DNA of 64,000 nucleotides from assembly GCA_973895155.1 (NCBI GenBank), contig OZ316893.1:20278857-20342856 (forward strand), written 5' to 3'. Within the stretch, counting starts at the first letter, position 1. Each line of letters starts with the position of its first letter. Below, piece by piece: positions 13,672 to 26,747 of this stretch. Origin of the DNA: Marsupella aquatica (Eukaryota; Plantae; Marchantiophyta). The position numbers and the translations under genes are program-made. The notes under the pieces are model-generated. The model did no database searches. It was given only the letters and a program-made list of their open reading frames with translations, and was not told where the DNA came from.

Positions 13672-14555
13672 ATAAAGTTCTTGTTCATATTTAATGAAAA
13701 CTGCGACAAGGGAGGTGAGAAACACCCTAATTTTAACGGTTTTTGGGTTTATTTTGGGAGTTGCTAGGAGTGCGTTTGTTTGTTTGCTTGTTTGGGAGGT
13801 GTTAATAGTGCGTCTCAAAGCTTTCAAATTTGATAGGCCTTAAGTTAAAGGATATAAAATTCTTGCTCATATTTAATGAGCAACTGCGATAAGGGAGGTG
13901 AGAAACACCCTAATTTTAACGGTTTTGGGGTTTATTTGGGGAGGTGCTAGGAGTACGTTTGCGTGTTTGTTTGGGAGGTGTTAATAGTGCGTCTCAAAGC
14001 TTTCAAATTTGATAGGCCTTAAGTTAAAGGATATAAAATTCTTGCTCATATTTAATGAGCAACTGCGATAAGGGAGGTGAGAAACACCCTAATTTTAACT
14101 GTTTTGGGGTTATTTGGGGAGGTGCTAGGAGTACGTTTGTGTGTTTGTTTGGGAGGTGTTAATAGTGCGTCTCAAAGCCTTCAAATTTGATAGGCCTTAA
14201 GTTAAACGATATAAAATTCTTGCTCATATTTAATGAACAACTGCGATAAGGGAGGTGAGAAATACCCTAATTTTAACGCTTTTGGGTTTATTTGGGGAGG
14301 TGCTAGGAGTATTTTGGGGGCCGGTGCTACTAGTGCGCCTCAAAGCTTTCAAATTTGATGGGCCTTAAGTTACTAGTTAAACTACATAAAATTCTTGCTC
14401 ATATTTAGTGAACAACTGCCATATGGGAGGTGAGAAACACCCTGATTTTAACATTTTTGGGGTTTATTTGGGGAGGTGCTAGGGGCATTTTTTTGTTTTT
14501 TTGGAGGTGTTAATAGTGGGTCTCAAAGCTTTCTAAGTTACTAGTTAGACTACAT
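13672..14555. repeat. ~175-182 bp tandem repeat, 5 copies, in the STE24 promoter
   Basis: Units start near 13672, 13854, 14033, 14211 and 14386 (ataaa[g/a]ttcttg[t/c]tcatattta...gggaggtgagaaacaccctaattttaac...tcaaagctttcaaatttgataggccttaagtta). Confidence 0.97.
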
Positions 14556-15273
14556 AGAAGTTATGGTCTACCCAATTCATAATCCATAATTTTTTGTTGT
14601 TGTAAAGATTGGTCATATGCCATGACCATAAGTCTTGTCCAGAGTGTAGAGGCTAGTGAAAGAAAACCAAAAAAGATGTCTACATAAATCTGTGATAAAG
14701 TTATGGCCAAAAGCCATCTCCCCTCACTTTTAAACTTTGAGACTCTCTAATGTCACTTTGTGCGAAGGATAAGCCCCTAGGAATATTCTTTATCTCATTT
14801 TCTTCCAGTAGATTAATTTTTGACCATCAGATCTCCCAAAATTAAAAAATATATATTAATAATATTCCTTACATAATTCTACTAGATTGATTCTGACAAT
14901 CAGAGACATTATGGGTCAAGGGTGACCATAGGATTCTGGTGGATAGGTGTGGAACTGGCTAATGGATGAAAGATTATGTAGAGAAGTTTTGCCAAAAGTG
15001 TCGAAGGTTTTTCAGAGAGGTGCCATGTAGCTATTTTTTGCCACTAAAAATAGCTGGTGAGAAGCTTTGAAGCTTTAAGTTTGTGTTTAGATCCTTCAAG
15101 ATTTCTCTCTTTTCATTATTTTTCCAAAATGAGTGTCCGCCAGAGGCTGTGCAAAGGATTTGTCCTGTACTGTATATAGCATGCTCATCCTGGAACATGC
15201 TTTACTTTTTGTCTTGTAGTGATATTAAGTGGACAAAATTAAAGAGTAAGACTAGAATACATATTAAATGTGA

Positions 15274-15471
15274 ATGAAATAAAATAATATAAATAAAGTA
15301 CATGCAATAAAAGCACATAGTGACCAATGGAAAGTACAATTTCATTACACAAAGTTACTACTAGTTGTGCACAATGAAATCAAATAATATAAATAAAGCA
15401 CATGCAATAAAAGCACATAGTGACCAATGGAAAGTACAATTTTATTACACAAAGATCCTACGAGTTGTGCA
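15274..15471. repeat. ~100-bp AT-rich tandem duplication
   Basis: tgaaat..aaataatataaataaag..catgcaataaaagcacatagtgaccaatggaaagtacaattt...gttgtgcac occurs twice. Confidence 0.92.
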
Positions 15472-16396
15472 CGTATTTCAGTGTGTCTTATTAATGACTC
15501 TTATTCAATAAAAATCATAAACTTAGGAAAGAAAGCCACAAGGGGAGCTTAAGACAAGATGTGCTGGCATTTCTTAGAATCATTCCTCTCACTCATGAGT
15601 ATACTTAAAAGTGGTAGAAAATGAAACCCTTAGTTTCTCTCTAGGACTTAACAAAGTTTACAAATTATACAAATTAAGGGGGCTGCCAAAATAAATTCAA
15701 AACACTATAGAATACCAAAAATTTAAAGGGGTCCAAAAATGAATTAAAAGTCTATGTGATACAAAGGATGCCCCTTGTTAAGGTACATTCAAATAAAAAT
15801 TCATGATACACAAATATGAATAAGACAAAACATGAGAGTTGGATTCACCATAGAGCAGCTTCAAAAACTGTGCAAAGGATTTGTCCTGTACTGTATATAG
15901 CACTCCCAAAGAGCAAACAGCCTTATCCTCTACTATTTCTAACACTATCTCTAACAGTGCTAAAGAACAAAAAGTGCCAAAGAGGAAAACATGATCCCAA
16001 AATCCAATAAAGGGGAGAAAACAAGAGGCCAAAAGGTCAAGAGTTTATTATTGTCTCTGTGTAAAGAAAGGGAACTCTAAGCTTGGGTTTGTCTTCAAGT
16101 AGGAATAAAGAAAGAAAAAAGAAAGAAAATAGTAAAAGAAAAAAATCTTTCAAGGATTAAATTGTAATAACTCTTTGTTGTGCATTCTGGGCAATAACAG
16201 CCACTCAAAACTTGGGCTAAACTACTTGGGGAGGGGGGACTCACAATGCCATGAGCTTGCGGAAAATGAGTTGAAAAAGGTGAGATGAAGTGGAGAGGGC
16301 TTGAATGTACTTATCTCTCGTTAGGGTCCAAAAGGCGCTCAGGCTTGTAAAAGAAATTTAAATCTAGAGGTCTGGTTAAGCAGGTTTAAGGCACTT

Positions 16397-16434
16397 TGGG
16401 CCCTCTAAGCCGTTAAATTGAGAGTTTAGGGTTT
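16397..16434 (+). promoter_or_regulatory. Site II (TGGGCC) plus telo-box (TTAGGGTTT) upstream of the TTC4-like gene
   Basis: tgggcc at 16397-16402 and ttagggttt at 16426-16434. This pairing is known from plant translation and cell-cycle gene promoters; function here is inferred. Confidence 0.5.
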
Positions 16435-17049
16435 ATCTCCGCTTCAGTTTCAGGGAAGAGGAGAAGGAATCTGTCACTTAACGTGAGCGTCGATTTGGCT
16501 TTTCCGCATGGAATGTTTCTCAGGTCTCGAGAGCTCGATTTCCAGGATTGACCGAAACACCAGTTTCGAATTCGAGTGCACGTTTGCATCACTTGCAGCT
16601 CACCCGAGACACGTAGTAAAAGTTCTGTATTGGAGGGATTTGATCAGAGAAACGCAGAAAAAAACATTCGTCGCTCCGTCGATGAATCCCATCGAACCCT
16701 TATGGAATGGGTGGTTTATTATGAGGTAGAAGATTGTGGACGTTGCAGACAATTCGTCACAAGAGGAGAGTTTGAATTTTGATGGTCAATCTCATTGGCT
16801 TCTTACACATTTGAAAAGAAAACAAAATTTACAGTGGCAGGAAGATTTTTGTTGCTAAGAATTAAGTGTTAAGAGGAGTAAGGAGTGCTTCTGAGGCTGG
16901 GACGTCGACGAGGCAAATGATGGCAGGGATCGAGGATTTTGGTACGATGCTGTAATTCAGAGGGAGCCTTCGAGTCTCGTTGTTCAGCAGAGGTGTCGAT
17001 TCCTAGCGTTTCATAAGTGGACGTGGGCATTGATTGAGTAGCCGGAAAG

Positions 17050-20000
17050 ATGGCGATGTGGATGGCGCCCGGTGCGGAGCCGATGACTGAAGATGAGAAA
17101 GCAGACTATGCGGCCATGGAAGTGCTTCGAGAAGAAGTTGCACTTGAGCTTAAGGTCAGTTCGAATGACATTCATTCTTGCTCTCTCACCCTGAGAGGTG
17201 TGTCACGAATTTGCCATCAATGATACGAAAGTGTATTCCCTCGGCAAAACTTCGGAAACTGTTCATGCACCAAACTGCACGATGTGGTTCTGAAGAGTAC
17301 GCTAATTTTCTTCTTTGAAAGAAAGAGTTTGGTCGAATGAAAACTCATTCTGTTGGCATTTTGCTTGCAGGCAGATGGTAACGAGTTCCTGAAGAAGGGT
17401 AAGAAGCATTACAAGGATGCACTGGATTGCTACACAAGGGCAATTGATCAGAAGTCCGTCAATGTAATAAATAATTCGGTTCTATATGCCAACAAAGCTC
17501 AAGTCAATATATTGCTTGGAAACTACAGGCGGGCAATTAGTGATGCAGAGGAAGCAATCAAGCTTAATCCAGCCAATGTTAAGGTTGTCAGCAACGCTGT
17601 AATATCGTCAAATTGTGAGTTTGTACAGTGCTTGATACCAGAGGAGCTTAAGAGGCAGAAACAGCTCTAAGAAGAAAAACCACAAACAGTCAATTAGCAG
17701 CTTGATCATTTCCAGAGAATGCTAGCTTTGTTACCAGGATCACTGGATACTCGCGGTTAGCGCCATGTTTTCCTGGATGGATGGTTCCTCGGCTTCTTCG
17801 TTCTATGCAGCTGCAAAAAATCCCATACCTTGTATCTGATAGACTAGGGTGAGACACATGCACGTGATGTTCCATAAGCTGTACACAGTTGAATGCAGTG
17901 GGGAATTAACCAGACACTACTTCTGGCACATTAGGCTCGAAGATTGTGCGATCACTTTCTCCTTGCCATGGCTTGCTTGATTTTGAACTTTCTCCCATTC
18001 GATGTGGGTTGTGACAATTGTAGATTAATTCTGCAGGCTTATTACCGTGGAGCGAAAGCGGCTCTTGCTTTGAAGTTGTGGGCCGAAACAAGTGAATTTT
18101 GTTCTGGAGGTCTGAATTATGATCCTGCGAATGAGGAGCTCAAAAAGCTAAGAGTCCAAGGGCAACAAAAGCTTGCAGAGGAAGCTGAACGGAAGAAGCG
18201 CAGTCTAGAAACCAAGTCAAGGTTCGAGGTACTGTCATCTTATCTTCGAAAGAGTGGAAATTCCATGAAGTGAGAAGGAAAGATCTGAAGGTTCTTCTCA
18301 GCCACGATGAAGTGCTTCTATGTCGTCCGTGTTTGTTCAAGAATTTGCACAATTCTGATCGAAATTAAGAAGTAGAATTTTTCTTTCCTCGCACCAGACA
18401 TTGCCAGACTAATATTCATTTTGAGGCAGTACATTTTTTCAGGCCCTTCTGTCAGCAATATTAAAGAGGAACATACAGATTGGAAAAGCTCTGTACAACG
18501 AACGAACGGGTCCTCGGAAACCTTATGTAGATCGCAGTGGAATCCTCCACTGGCCTGTCCTCCTACTCTACGGGGAGGTCATGGTTAGTGATCTTATTGA
18601 AGATTTTCCAGAAACTGACATGTTCAGGTCTCATATTGAAGTCATATCCTTTAAAGCGATATGATCGATTACTGGAGAAATGAAAAAAATTCGCATGAAG
18701 AGGTGTGGGGGGCATTGAAGGTATTTGAGAGACGGGGATCCATTTTCTACCACTTCCCTTTATTTCACAATGTCGAATTATTTTCTCTGCCAATAGGAGG
18801 TGTATCTGCTGTCAATAGAATTGACTTCTATTGCTTTTATTGCTCAACTTCTGCTCTTGCCCTTATTCATGTTCGCCCCGAAAGAGGTGAAGTTCTGGAT
18901 CTTGAAGAGTTCGTTGCTCATATTTGACGCACCACTCTTGTTCCATAATCCATGCTTATAAATTCTTCCAGGACTTTGACTTTATCACCCTCTAGCTGGC
19001 TCTTATATGCTGATGACTCTAGTGCTTCACGAAGCAGTCTTTCAACGTACTTTCAAGTCATTTACCGAATGGGACTCTTTAAGATTAATGGTTTTAGTTT
19101 ACATTATTTCTGTGGACTCATGGCAGTTCTTGCAAATTGAAATTAGTTGGGTCCTTGACTAAAGATAACATGTTTGGAAAGGGCGCTCCCCCATTGGACT
19201 GGGACAGCAGGAACGAATATACTCATGACCGCATTGAGTTGTATTATCAGGTACAGTGATATCCCAAACTATCAGTTTCTGCATGTGCTTCTGCATACTT
19301 CATTTCTTCCTTTACTGTTTGGTGAGTGAACGGAAATTCATTGACATGCATTTTTGTGTCGTTTTCGTTTGTTAAAACAACGCGTTGTTTTGAAGGAGTC
19401 CGCTTCGTGTCTGCCCAGTTCACGTGGAAAGGCCACAGAATGGGAATTGAGGCTGAAGTTACATAGCTGTTTTCATTTTTTATTTTACAGATTAACGTCG
19501 GGCCAGTATTGTCCAGGAAGCAGCTGTTGAGTTCCATGATGGAGGGCGAAGTTGGTCTAGAGGGATTGGATATGGATGAACTCGCCTCTGATGGCAACGA
19601 CACCAGTTCGATCTCAGGCAAGCCCTGGCCTTGATGTTGATTGCAGTATCGAGTTGTGAGTCCTCTGTAAATGCAAATCTTACTCTGGATTTTACTGGAA
19701 CAGGGATGAAAGACCCAACATGGATTAAGGTTGATGAAAAGACGACACTACATGATGTATTGACACATCCTAACTACATTATACCAGGAGTACCAGGTGT
19801 GTTTCGACTCAGTAACTACCGCAATGCTACGAAGACTCACGAACAGTTTGCGGAATGGAAAGTCATAATTTTGTGGGCCACGTTGAAGTGGATTGTTGCT
19901 GTTCATTGGCCATCTGTATAGTATGTTCTTGTCTGGCCTTATGTCTTCAAGGAAAGTTTTGGTCAATTTAGACAGGTTTTTGCTGAGATTTAAATCAACT

Positions 20001-20094
20001 GTCGTTCGGTGTTGATCATGCAGTGTTTTATGTTGTTGCCTCGGGAACAAGTTTTCGAGAAAAGTTCCTGGGTGGTAGCTGGTCAGCGCCATAA
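17050..20094 (+). CDS. TTC4: TPR-domain Hsp70/Hsp90 co-chaperone TTC4/Cns1 homolog, 8 coding exons
   Basis: MAMWMAPGAEPMTEDEKAD...LELK|ADGNEFLKKGKKHYKDALDCYTRAI...LGNYRRAISDAEEAIKLNPANVK|AYYRGAKA...|...GILHWPVLLLYGEVMVSDLIEDFPETDMFRSHIEV|MFGKGAPPLDWDSRNEYTHDRIELYYQ|...|...TLHDVLTHPNYIIPGVP|VFYVVASGTSFREKFLGGSWSAP*. This matches the TPR plus wheel-domain architecture of plant TTC4-like proteins. Confidence 0.95.
18644..19169 (+). other. U12-type (minor spliceosome) AT-AC intron
   Basis: 5' ATATCCTTT at 18644, branch site TCCTTGAC at 19152-19159, terminal AC at 19168-19169. Removal joins HIEV|MFGK in frame. Confidence 0.93.
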
Positions 20095-20913
20095 GTTTAC
20101 CCGAAGATATCGTCCTGTACTGTATCTTCTTTTCCTGGTTTGGTGAGTCTGGTGCCGAATTCATGTCTTGAGTCCCTTAGTTAACTCGTTCCTATGTTCT
20201 GGTTGGTACATGTAGTGGACTCGTAGCCAACGTATGGTTTTTGTGCTGATTTTTATGGTCGCACTTGGTTGCTTGCAGATCACTAAAACTAGAGGTCGTG
20301 TTACATGGTATTTTGTGATTGGTTCGCCCTTAGCATTACTTTCAAGGTCCTCCGCACGGAATCTCCCGTCTTGGCAGTTTTGAGTGGTAATTTGAGCTTT
20401 TTCGTCGAGGGAGTGTTGGGAATTGCTGCCCGTAATTTTCCAAGGATGTTATGAATAGCAAACTTTAGATCCAACTGGTATACATAGGTCTTGTAAATTG
20501 GAGCGGTTCGGCTTATGATAAAGTGGCGTTTGAAGTGCAATAACTCGATGGGCTGAGGCTTATGATGAAGTGGCATCCAAGTGCGAGTACTCAATGGGTG
20601 AGGATGAAGTTAAGTAGATTCGGTCTCGTGGGAACGTCCCGTCTTGAATATTCACATTGAGAATTTGAATGTCTGGAGTAGGATTATTATTACTCGAAAT
20701 TGTTTATAGCATATTGTTGAGTTCGAAAATGTAGAGAATTTGTCCTCCAATCAGGGTACACTACTGCGAATAGCCGGGATGTGGTATGTGGGAAGAAACG
20801 ACAGTCAGAATGGGTCTCTGTCACGAAACGAGAACTGCTGGAGTTATGGTGCATATGGGTTGATTGATTTAAAAAAGAAAAATGCGCATCACATCAGAAA
20901 GTAAAAACTTGAC

Positions 20914-20992
20914 AACTCATTCTATGTCAAAAGAAAGAATCCAGAACTCATTTCTCGTCAAAGGAAAGAATCCAGAACTCATTTCTTGTCAA
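20914..20992. repeat. ~31-bp tandem repeat, ~2.5 copies
   Basis: aactcatt..t.gtcaaa.gaaagaatccag is repeated. Confidence 0.85.
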
Positions 20993-21683
20993 TCGTAATG
21001 CCCATCACATAATTTATCAAAATTTATCGGCTCCGATAAGGTGCATTGGGAGCCTTGCCACCTACGACTGGATGAGGAATACTCTGACACCGAGTAACTT
21101 TTTTAAAAATGTCATTGGACGACTATCTGCATTCCATTTTGCCACCTCCGATTGGATGCGGAATATTTTGCCACCAAGTAACCCTTTATTAACTATCATT
21201 GAACGACTATCGGTGCCACCTACATTCCTACAGGTAATCCAGTATGACGTCATATTCAATTCACATTTTGATATTTCTCCCTACAACAATCTCATTCTTG
21301 CTCACGCCCTGTTCGCTTCAGTCCACACGTTTAATATCTCTCCTGCAACACTGGCGTTCTTGCTCACAGCCGAGTCGAGTCGATGGTCTTTATCTGTCCC
21401 TGGCATGCCATAAATAAAAGGCTGATTTCCTCCATAGGCTGATTACGTTGGATTCCTTGGAATTCAGGAAGCTGAAATTGTTCCTGTATTGTACCAAAAA
21501 TGGGGTTTAATACAATCCACCTTCGGGGTTGCCTCGCCAAGCCGATCCTCACCTACACGCAAATATTGCTGACAGTATATCGCAGCCTTCTCATGCGATC
21601 TCATCCACCATTTTCACCTTTCATCATTACTCGTGAGTACTTTATGTTCTACTCCGACTGGTACCCCAGGTCATGCCATCATT

Positions 21684-24600
21684 TTACGTGAGCTTCTTAA
21701 TACCAGGAAAGGACGGACGAACGGCAATCAAGGGATCTCCGTATCCAACAGGCTCTGCACACACATCGTAGAATCAGTTGCTGAAGCAGGAAACCAAGAG
21801 AGCGCAACAGATGTTTGCCGTTCATTGCCATCACTGCTGATTTTCGGTGATCTCATTTATAAGCTTCTTCCAGGACGTGTTGTGGTTGATCAGAAATCCA
21901 AAGCATTGCACAGAATCATCCGGAATATCAAATCACAATGTCTAAATAACAGAGAATCATACCTCCGTCATCCCATAGAACTTTGACGACCTCTCCTGAG
22001 ATGTCAGACTGCAACACAAGGATAGAGGCTTGTGAGAAAACAGCCGACAAACATATCAATTTTGAGGCAGCAGCAACCTGTCGAGTTAGAAAGAAGCTTA
22101 CTGCGCCCAAGACATGCACAGATTGGTTGACGCTGCGAAAATCATGTACATCCTACACTTAAACATTCAGGAGGGAAAATATTTCTTGATAAGATGTCAT
22201 CAGATGACTTGGAAACCCCTCTTGCAGAGAAACCCTAGGACAAAAGTTAAGATCTCCACATCCCTTCGTGATTCAGAAGTGTCGATGTTACCTCCACAGG
22301 TTGTTGGGTTCCAAGCTGCTCCAAGTAGCACACGACATGTCCTTCCTTAATGACTTGCCCCTGCATTTGACAATGTCCAGTCACCATGATTGATAACGAC
22401 AAATCAATTACATTGCACTTCATAGTACAACAATCTTCCACCTCAAAATGAAAAGGACATATCAACCACTTAAATTCCAATCACCATCTTGAGCAAACTA
22501 ATAGGATTTGAGGAAAAACATTTTGACCACGAGGATCATAGAACAATTTGGTCACATCATATAACTTTTTTAAAACACAGTATGACTACGAGGTCACAAA
22601 CTAAAATACAAAGACCGTATTCATGACAAAAGTAAATTGAAGGTTCTACAACAGTACAAATTTCACCTAATTGAACTAAAATTGTTGATAATTTTCTTGA
22701 TTTTTTTGAATGACTCCACTTTTCATTAGGTGGGACGGAGGCAATGTATCTCTAGAAAGTTGTCTGGGGAGGCAGGAGCACCACATAGATCTTGTGAAAG
22801 AAGCCAACTACTTCGTACACCTGGAGAATCCTCAGTATTCGCCAGATTTGCATGAATGAATGGTTTCCTAATCCTGGGATGAGAATGAACAGATGAATAT
22901 GACCCCTTTGTTCGTGATCATCGCTACCACTCATTGACGCATACTTAAGACCCATGAAGCTGTTTTGAAGGTGAGAAACCCGAGACCCTTCTTCCATATA
23001 CTTTCGTTCATAGAATATACCTTGCTGAGCGCCAGGGATTTCAAATTCGGCAAATGTATGTGCAGCAGGGATACATACCTCTTCTATCAAAGGTGGCCCA
23101 CTTTTCCCCTTAGCAACTCGTCCTTTCCGGAAGTAGCCAACCTATTTGCAGAGAAGGTAAACCATCCGACACTTAGAGATGTATCGACCATCAATAAAAA
23201 ACTTGCGTTCCTACTGGAGATCTCATAATGTAGCCTCCAATGATACAAGAACCAAAATTTATCCTAGACTGAGCATAAAAAACTCGATTACTCTCAAGAA
23301 ACGAAGCGGACGTACTCCTGAGAGTTCTGCCCGCTCAAATCTACTGTGGATTGTAACTAAGATCTCTGGCACCAAATACCTTGGGGGATTTGACGAAGAG
23401 CAGGCCCTCATCTGCTGCAGATTCCAACAGTGCCCATGTACTAGACAATGGCTTGGACAGGGATGAAATAAGTCCGCTTGCAGCTGACATTTTGGGAGTA
23501 GGAGGCGCTGGAGCTGAAGGCAGTGAATCAACCATGGGTTTAGATGGCACAGGGGGGGCAGCCACTGGGGGTGCGGCAATTGCATTTTTTATCCTTCCCA
23601 CATCTCGTTTCACATTCAACCTGAACGAGCCCACCTGCCAGAAGAGCACACGAAAACCATGAATAAGTTTCAACATTTGCAGGACCTTCACTGCTGACCT
23701 TTCGAGGTAAACTAGTTTCGTGAGCATGATAAGAGATTAATTCCACCAAAGCATGCATAAAGTCCCTACTCTACTTAAAGAACATCCGTCAAATATCAAT
23801 GAAATAAAATCAATAAAATAAAGTTCATTTACTAAGCCACCACTCGAAACCTCTCACCTTCAGCTGTAGCTCCGCTACGCTAGTTTCATCACATAACTCC
23901 ATCAGCAATTGGTGCACCTGGATAACAGAACGAATTTTAACGAACCTTCTACAAAGATACGAACACATCCTAGCCCGAATTATTTGCTCCATTTCTGCGA
24001 ATCGTCAGAATTCCTTCACTTTCACGGATGTAGCGAATAAAGGGCTGCATATTTTACCGTACAGGGGTACGGCTGACATCAGCTCTAACCTCAGGGGTAA
24101 AAGGCGTAAGGGGGCTTGAATCCGCCTTAGGTACGATCTCCTCCTCCTCCTCCTTCTCCAAAGCAAGTTCTATTCGAATCAAGATAACGAAAGTCAATGC
24201 TCGGCATGCATGCAGGGCAGCATTTGCGAAACTACAAACCCTGCCACTCATGGACTTGCACTTCCCAGCTAGACATATCAATATGCTCCTTAACCCTCCA
24301 CATTTTATGTCAACAATTGAGTTACAACTAGCCAGTAACGGACACAGACTCCGGTCAAAAACAAGATATTACCCTCTGAGACGGCAATGCAGGTAATTTG
24401 GGAAGATCGTCTTCGGCCACATCCATCGCTTTGGAAGCAGGGCAGTCTAGCATGAAGTTGTACAACTGAAGATCCTATGATTCCGGCCCTCGAGGATGGC
24501 AAAGAGACAGACACTGGACGAAATCCAGCTAACCTCTGTCCGACACAAGCTTGTGGCTCGAATGTGGAGACACGTGAGCCTGCATCAAAGACACAAATCC

Positions 24601-25307
24601 CAGGACGGCTCAAGGACGGCTCAGCTCTCTCCCTCGTCTCACACCCATGTACAGCAATGAATTCATTTCTGCTCCGTTCTTAACATCTGTAAACTACTGA
24701 TAACCATCCATGTCATGAATTTCTGTGTTAACAGCTTCAACTGTCTGCTAAAATTTTAAATACACATCGACATCAATCCGAGAACTGACCCTGGGAGCCA
24801 GCCAGCTATCCAGCGTTTCGTCGGTTTCCAGTCCTTTCACATTGATTCTTTATTAGTTCCTGTATCTTACGGGCCGACTAGATTGTCTTGGACTTCAAAT
24901 TATTCATTCATTCATTCATTTAGTTGTGCATTCTCCCTTGGACTATACGTTCTTGAGGGCGGGGGAACCGAGGGCGATTATCCCATCGTGCACGGATTCC
25001 ATGAACCAAGCGATCCGATCCACGCAACTACCTCTTCCGCATTTGGAAAACCAATTCGTTCGTCGTAACGAAGAAAACATACAGGCTCACTTCCATTCTT
25101 CCTTTCTTTCTTCTTCTCCAGGAGATTATGCGACGGGTGAGCCAAAGAGCGCGAGTCATCGGTCCCCTCCGTTCCTATCGAACACTCACCTTCCGGGAAT
25201 GGCAATTCAGAAGCGCAAAGCTCACACCAGGTTCCAAACATGCAAACGGCCGAGGCGACGAGAATCGAGGAGCACTCACCAGCACAGGACGCCAAGGTCG
25301 ACGCCAT
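21684..25307 (-). CDS. BADC: Biotin/lipoyl attachment domain-containing protein (BADC, BCCP-like regulator/subunit of plastid heteromeric ACCase), 9 coding exons
   Basis: MASTLASCAG|SRVSTFEPQ...(Ser/Arg-rich transit peptide)...|...PLTPFTPE|VHQLLMELCDETSVAELQLK|VGSFRLNVKRD...PPVPSKPM...LLFVKSPK|VGYFRKGRVAKGKSGPPLIEE|GQVIKEGHVVCYLEQLGTQQPVE|SDISGEVVKVLWDDG|EPVGYGDPLIAVRPSFPGIKKLT*. The biotinyl-domain fold has EQLG in place of the biotinylated AMKL motif. Confidence 0.92.
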
Positions 25308-26662
25308 CACCGCAGCTCTGCACTTCTGCCGCTGCGACACAATCCTCTCTCGTCCTGCTGACCGGCAAAGCTCGACGACCCCTCTTCGCCCTTCCGCACG
25401 TTTTTCAGAGTCCAAGAAAACAGCGAGAACCAGAGAAAGAAAGCTCGACAGACACCGAAACAAGGCTCGATCCACTCAGTCAGCTCGCTCGCTCGCTGCT
25501 GCTGCACTGATGAGAGAGCTCCCCAGAGGTTCGCGATGAGGCGAACAATGGATTGAAGGCAGGCCGAGCTGCCCAGAGCAGTAGCACTAGCATCGTCACC
25601 AGCAGCCCACCAGCAGCAGCAGCAGCGGCGGAATGGCGTTCATTGGTCTCTCCGAAGTCGAGCTCGGAAATCCTCGCCCGCGTTATTATTCACTCTAGCT
25701 CCATGGAGTCCTATAACGTACTCTGCGACTCTCCTCTTGGCGGAGCGATTCATTCCCACAATATATTCTCTTGTCGCTTTTGCGTGTATATCCCTCGCAT
25801 ACAAAGCGGAACGAAATACTTCGCGTCTGTTGTCCATGGAACCCGTTTGCTAGTGGTGGGACCAAAAGGAAGAGACTAGAGGGGGAAGATACTCCAATGA
25901 AATACTTCGCCGTGGAGTCCTCTGTCTTCCATGAAACCGGTTCGCTGGTGGCGGACTAAAGCTGGAGTTGAGGTTAAAGGAGTCGGACAAGAGGACAGGA
26001 CGGGGCCTGGCATGTCTTGTCCTCTTCGATGTTGATGATGACATCTAACTAGAGTCTACACAACTTAAGTGCACTGTTTATAAGTGCATTTTGTGGTTAC
26101 AATGCTGGTGTCCACCAATTTAGGGGAGTACAAGATAATGACTCTTGTATTTTCTTAATAACTTCATAGACTACTTTTGGTAACCTAGATCCACTGGGTT
26201 CAGGGTTTTGCTTTGGGGTCAGTTGCAATCAAACCACTATCCCCAAACTATTTGCATTTATTTTTTAGGTCTAGAGTATAATCTGATCACAATTAGTTTA
26301 GCTGTAATTGAATATTTGGTAAAGGTTAGATGTGTCATTACTATATTCACTTGCAAGGCTTAGTGAGTGAATGAAACTTAGGTTCATTGTTATTGAGCCA
26401 TCCCCCAAGTCATCCAGGAGTCAAGACTCGGTATGGCCAATGGACTTAGACTTTAGCGCGGACAGTCTCTGGAGGGTGAATCATGTATGTTTTGTGTCCA
26501 CTACGTGTGTGTTTGTTGAATGTTGCACATGTGCATGCTATCTTTGAGAAGTTGTCTCTACTCTACAAAGGTAGCCTCAATGGCTAAGGAGAATCTAAAG
26601 ACTATAATCATTATAGTGTTCAACTTGGAATTAAAATGTCCTCTTCGCTCCCACCACTACAC

Positions 26663-26667
<5 letters not shown>

Positions 26668-26699
<32 letters not shown>

Positions 26700-26747
26700 C
26701 CTCCACACCCCTTATGTGTGGAGGAGTATTGAACCTGGGACCTCTCC
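26668..26747 (-). repeat. (CA)n tract plus short interspersed repeat with a tRNA B-box-like motif (SINE-like), copy 1
   Basis: ataccctccacacccc..tgtgtggagg..attgaacctgggacctctc is shared with 38440-38505; the minus strand reads GGTTCAAT (B-box-like). Confidence 0.55.

Noticed and set aside
13672-14555. CRISPR-like array
   Set aside because: Whole units repeat with no unique spacers, the context is eukaryotic, and there are no cas genes. The same applies to 47730-48460.
16321-16404. Degenerate MITE upstream of TTC4
   Set aside because: The inverted match is only ~10 bp with mismatches and there is no TSD.
24926-25879. Plus-strand ORFs of 100-194 aa
   Set aside because: Antisense to the GC-rich first exon and 5' UTR of BADC; low complexity with no recognisable domain.
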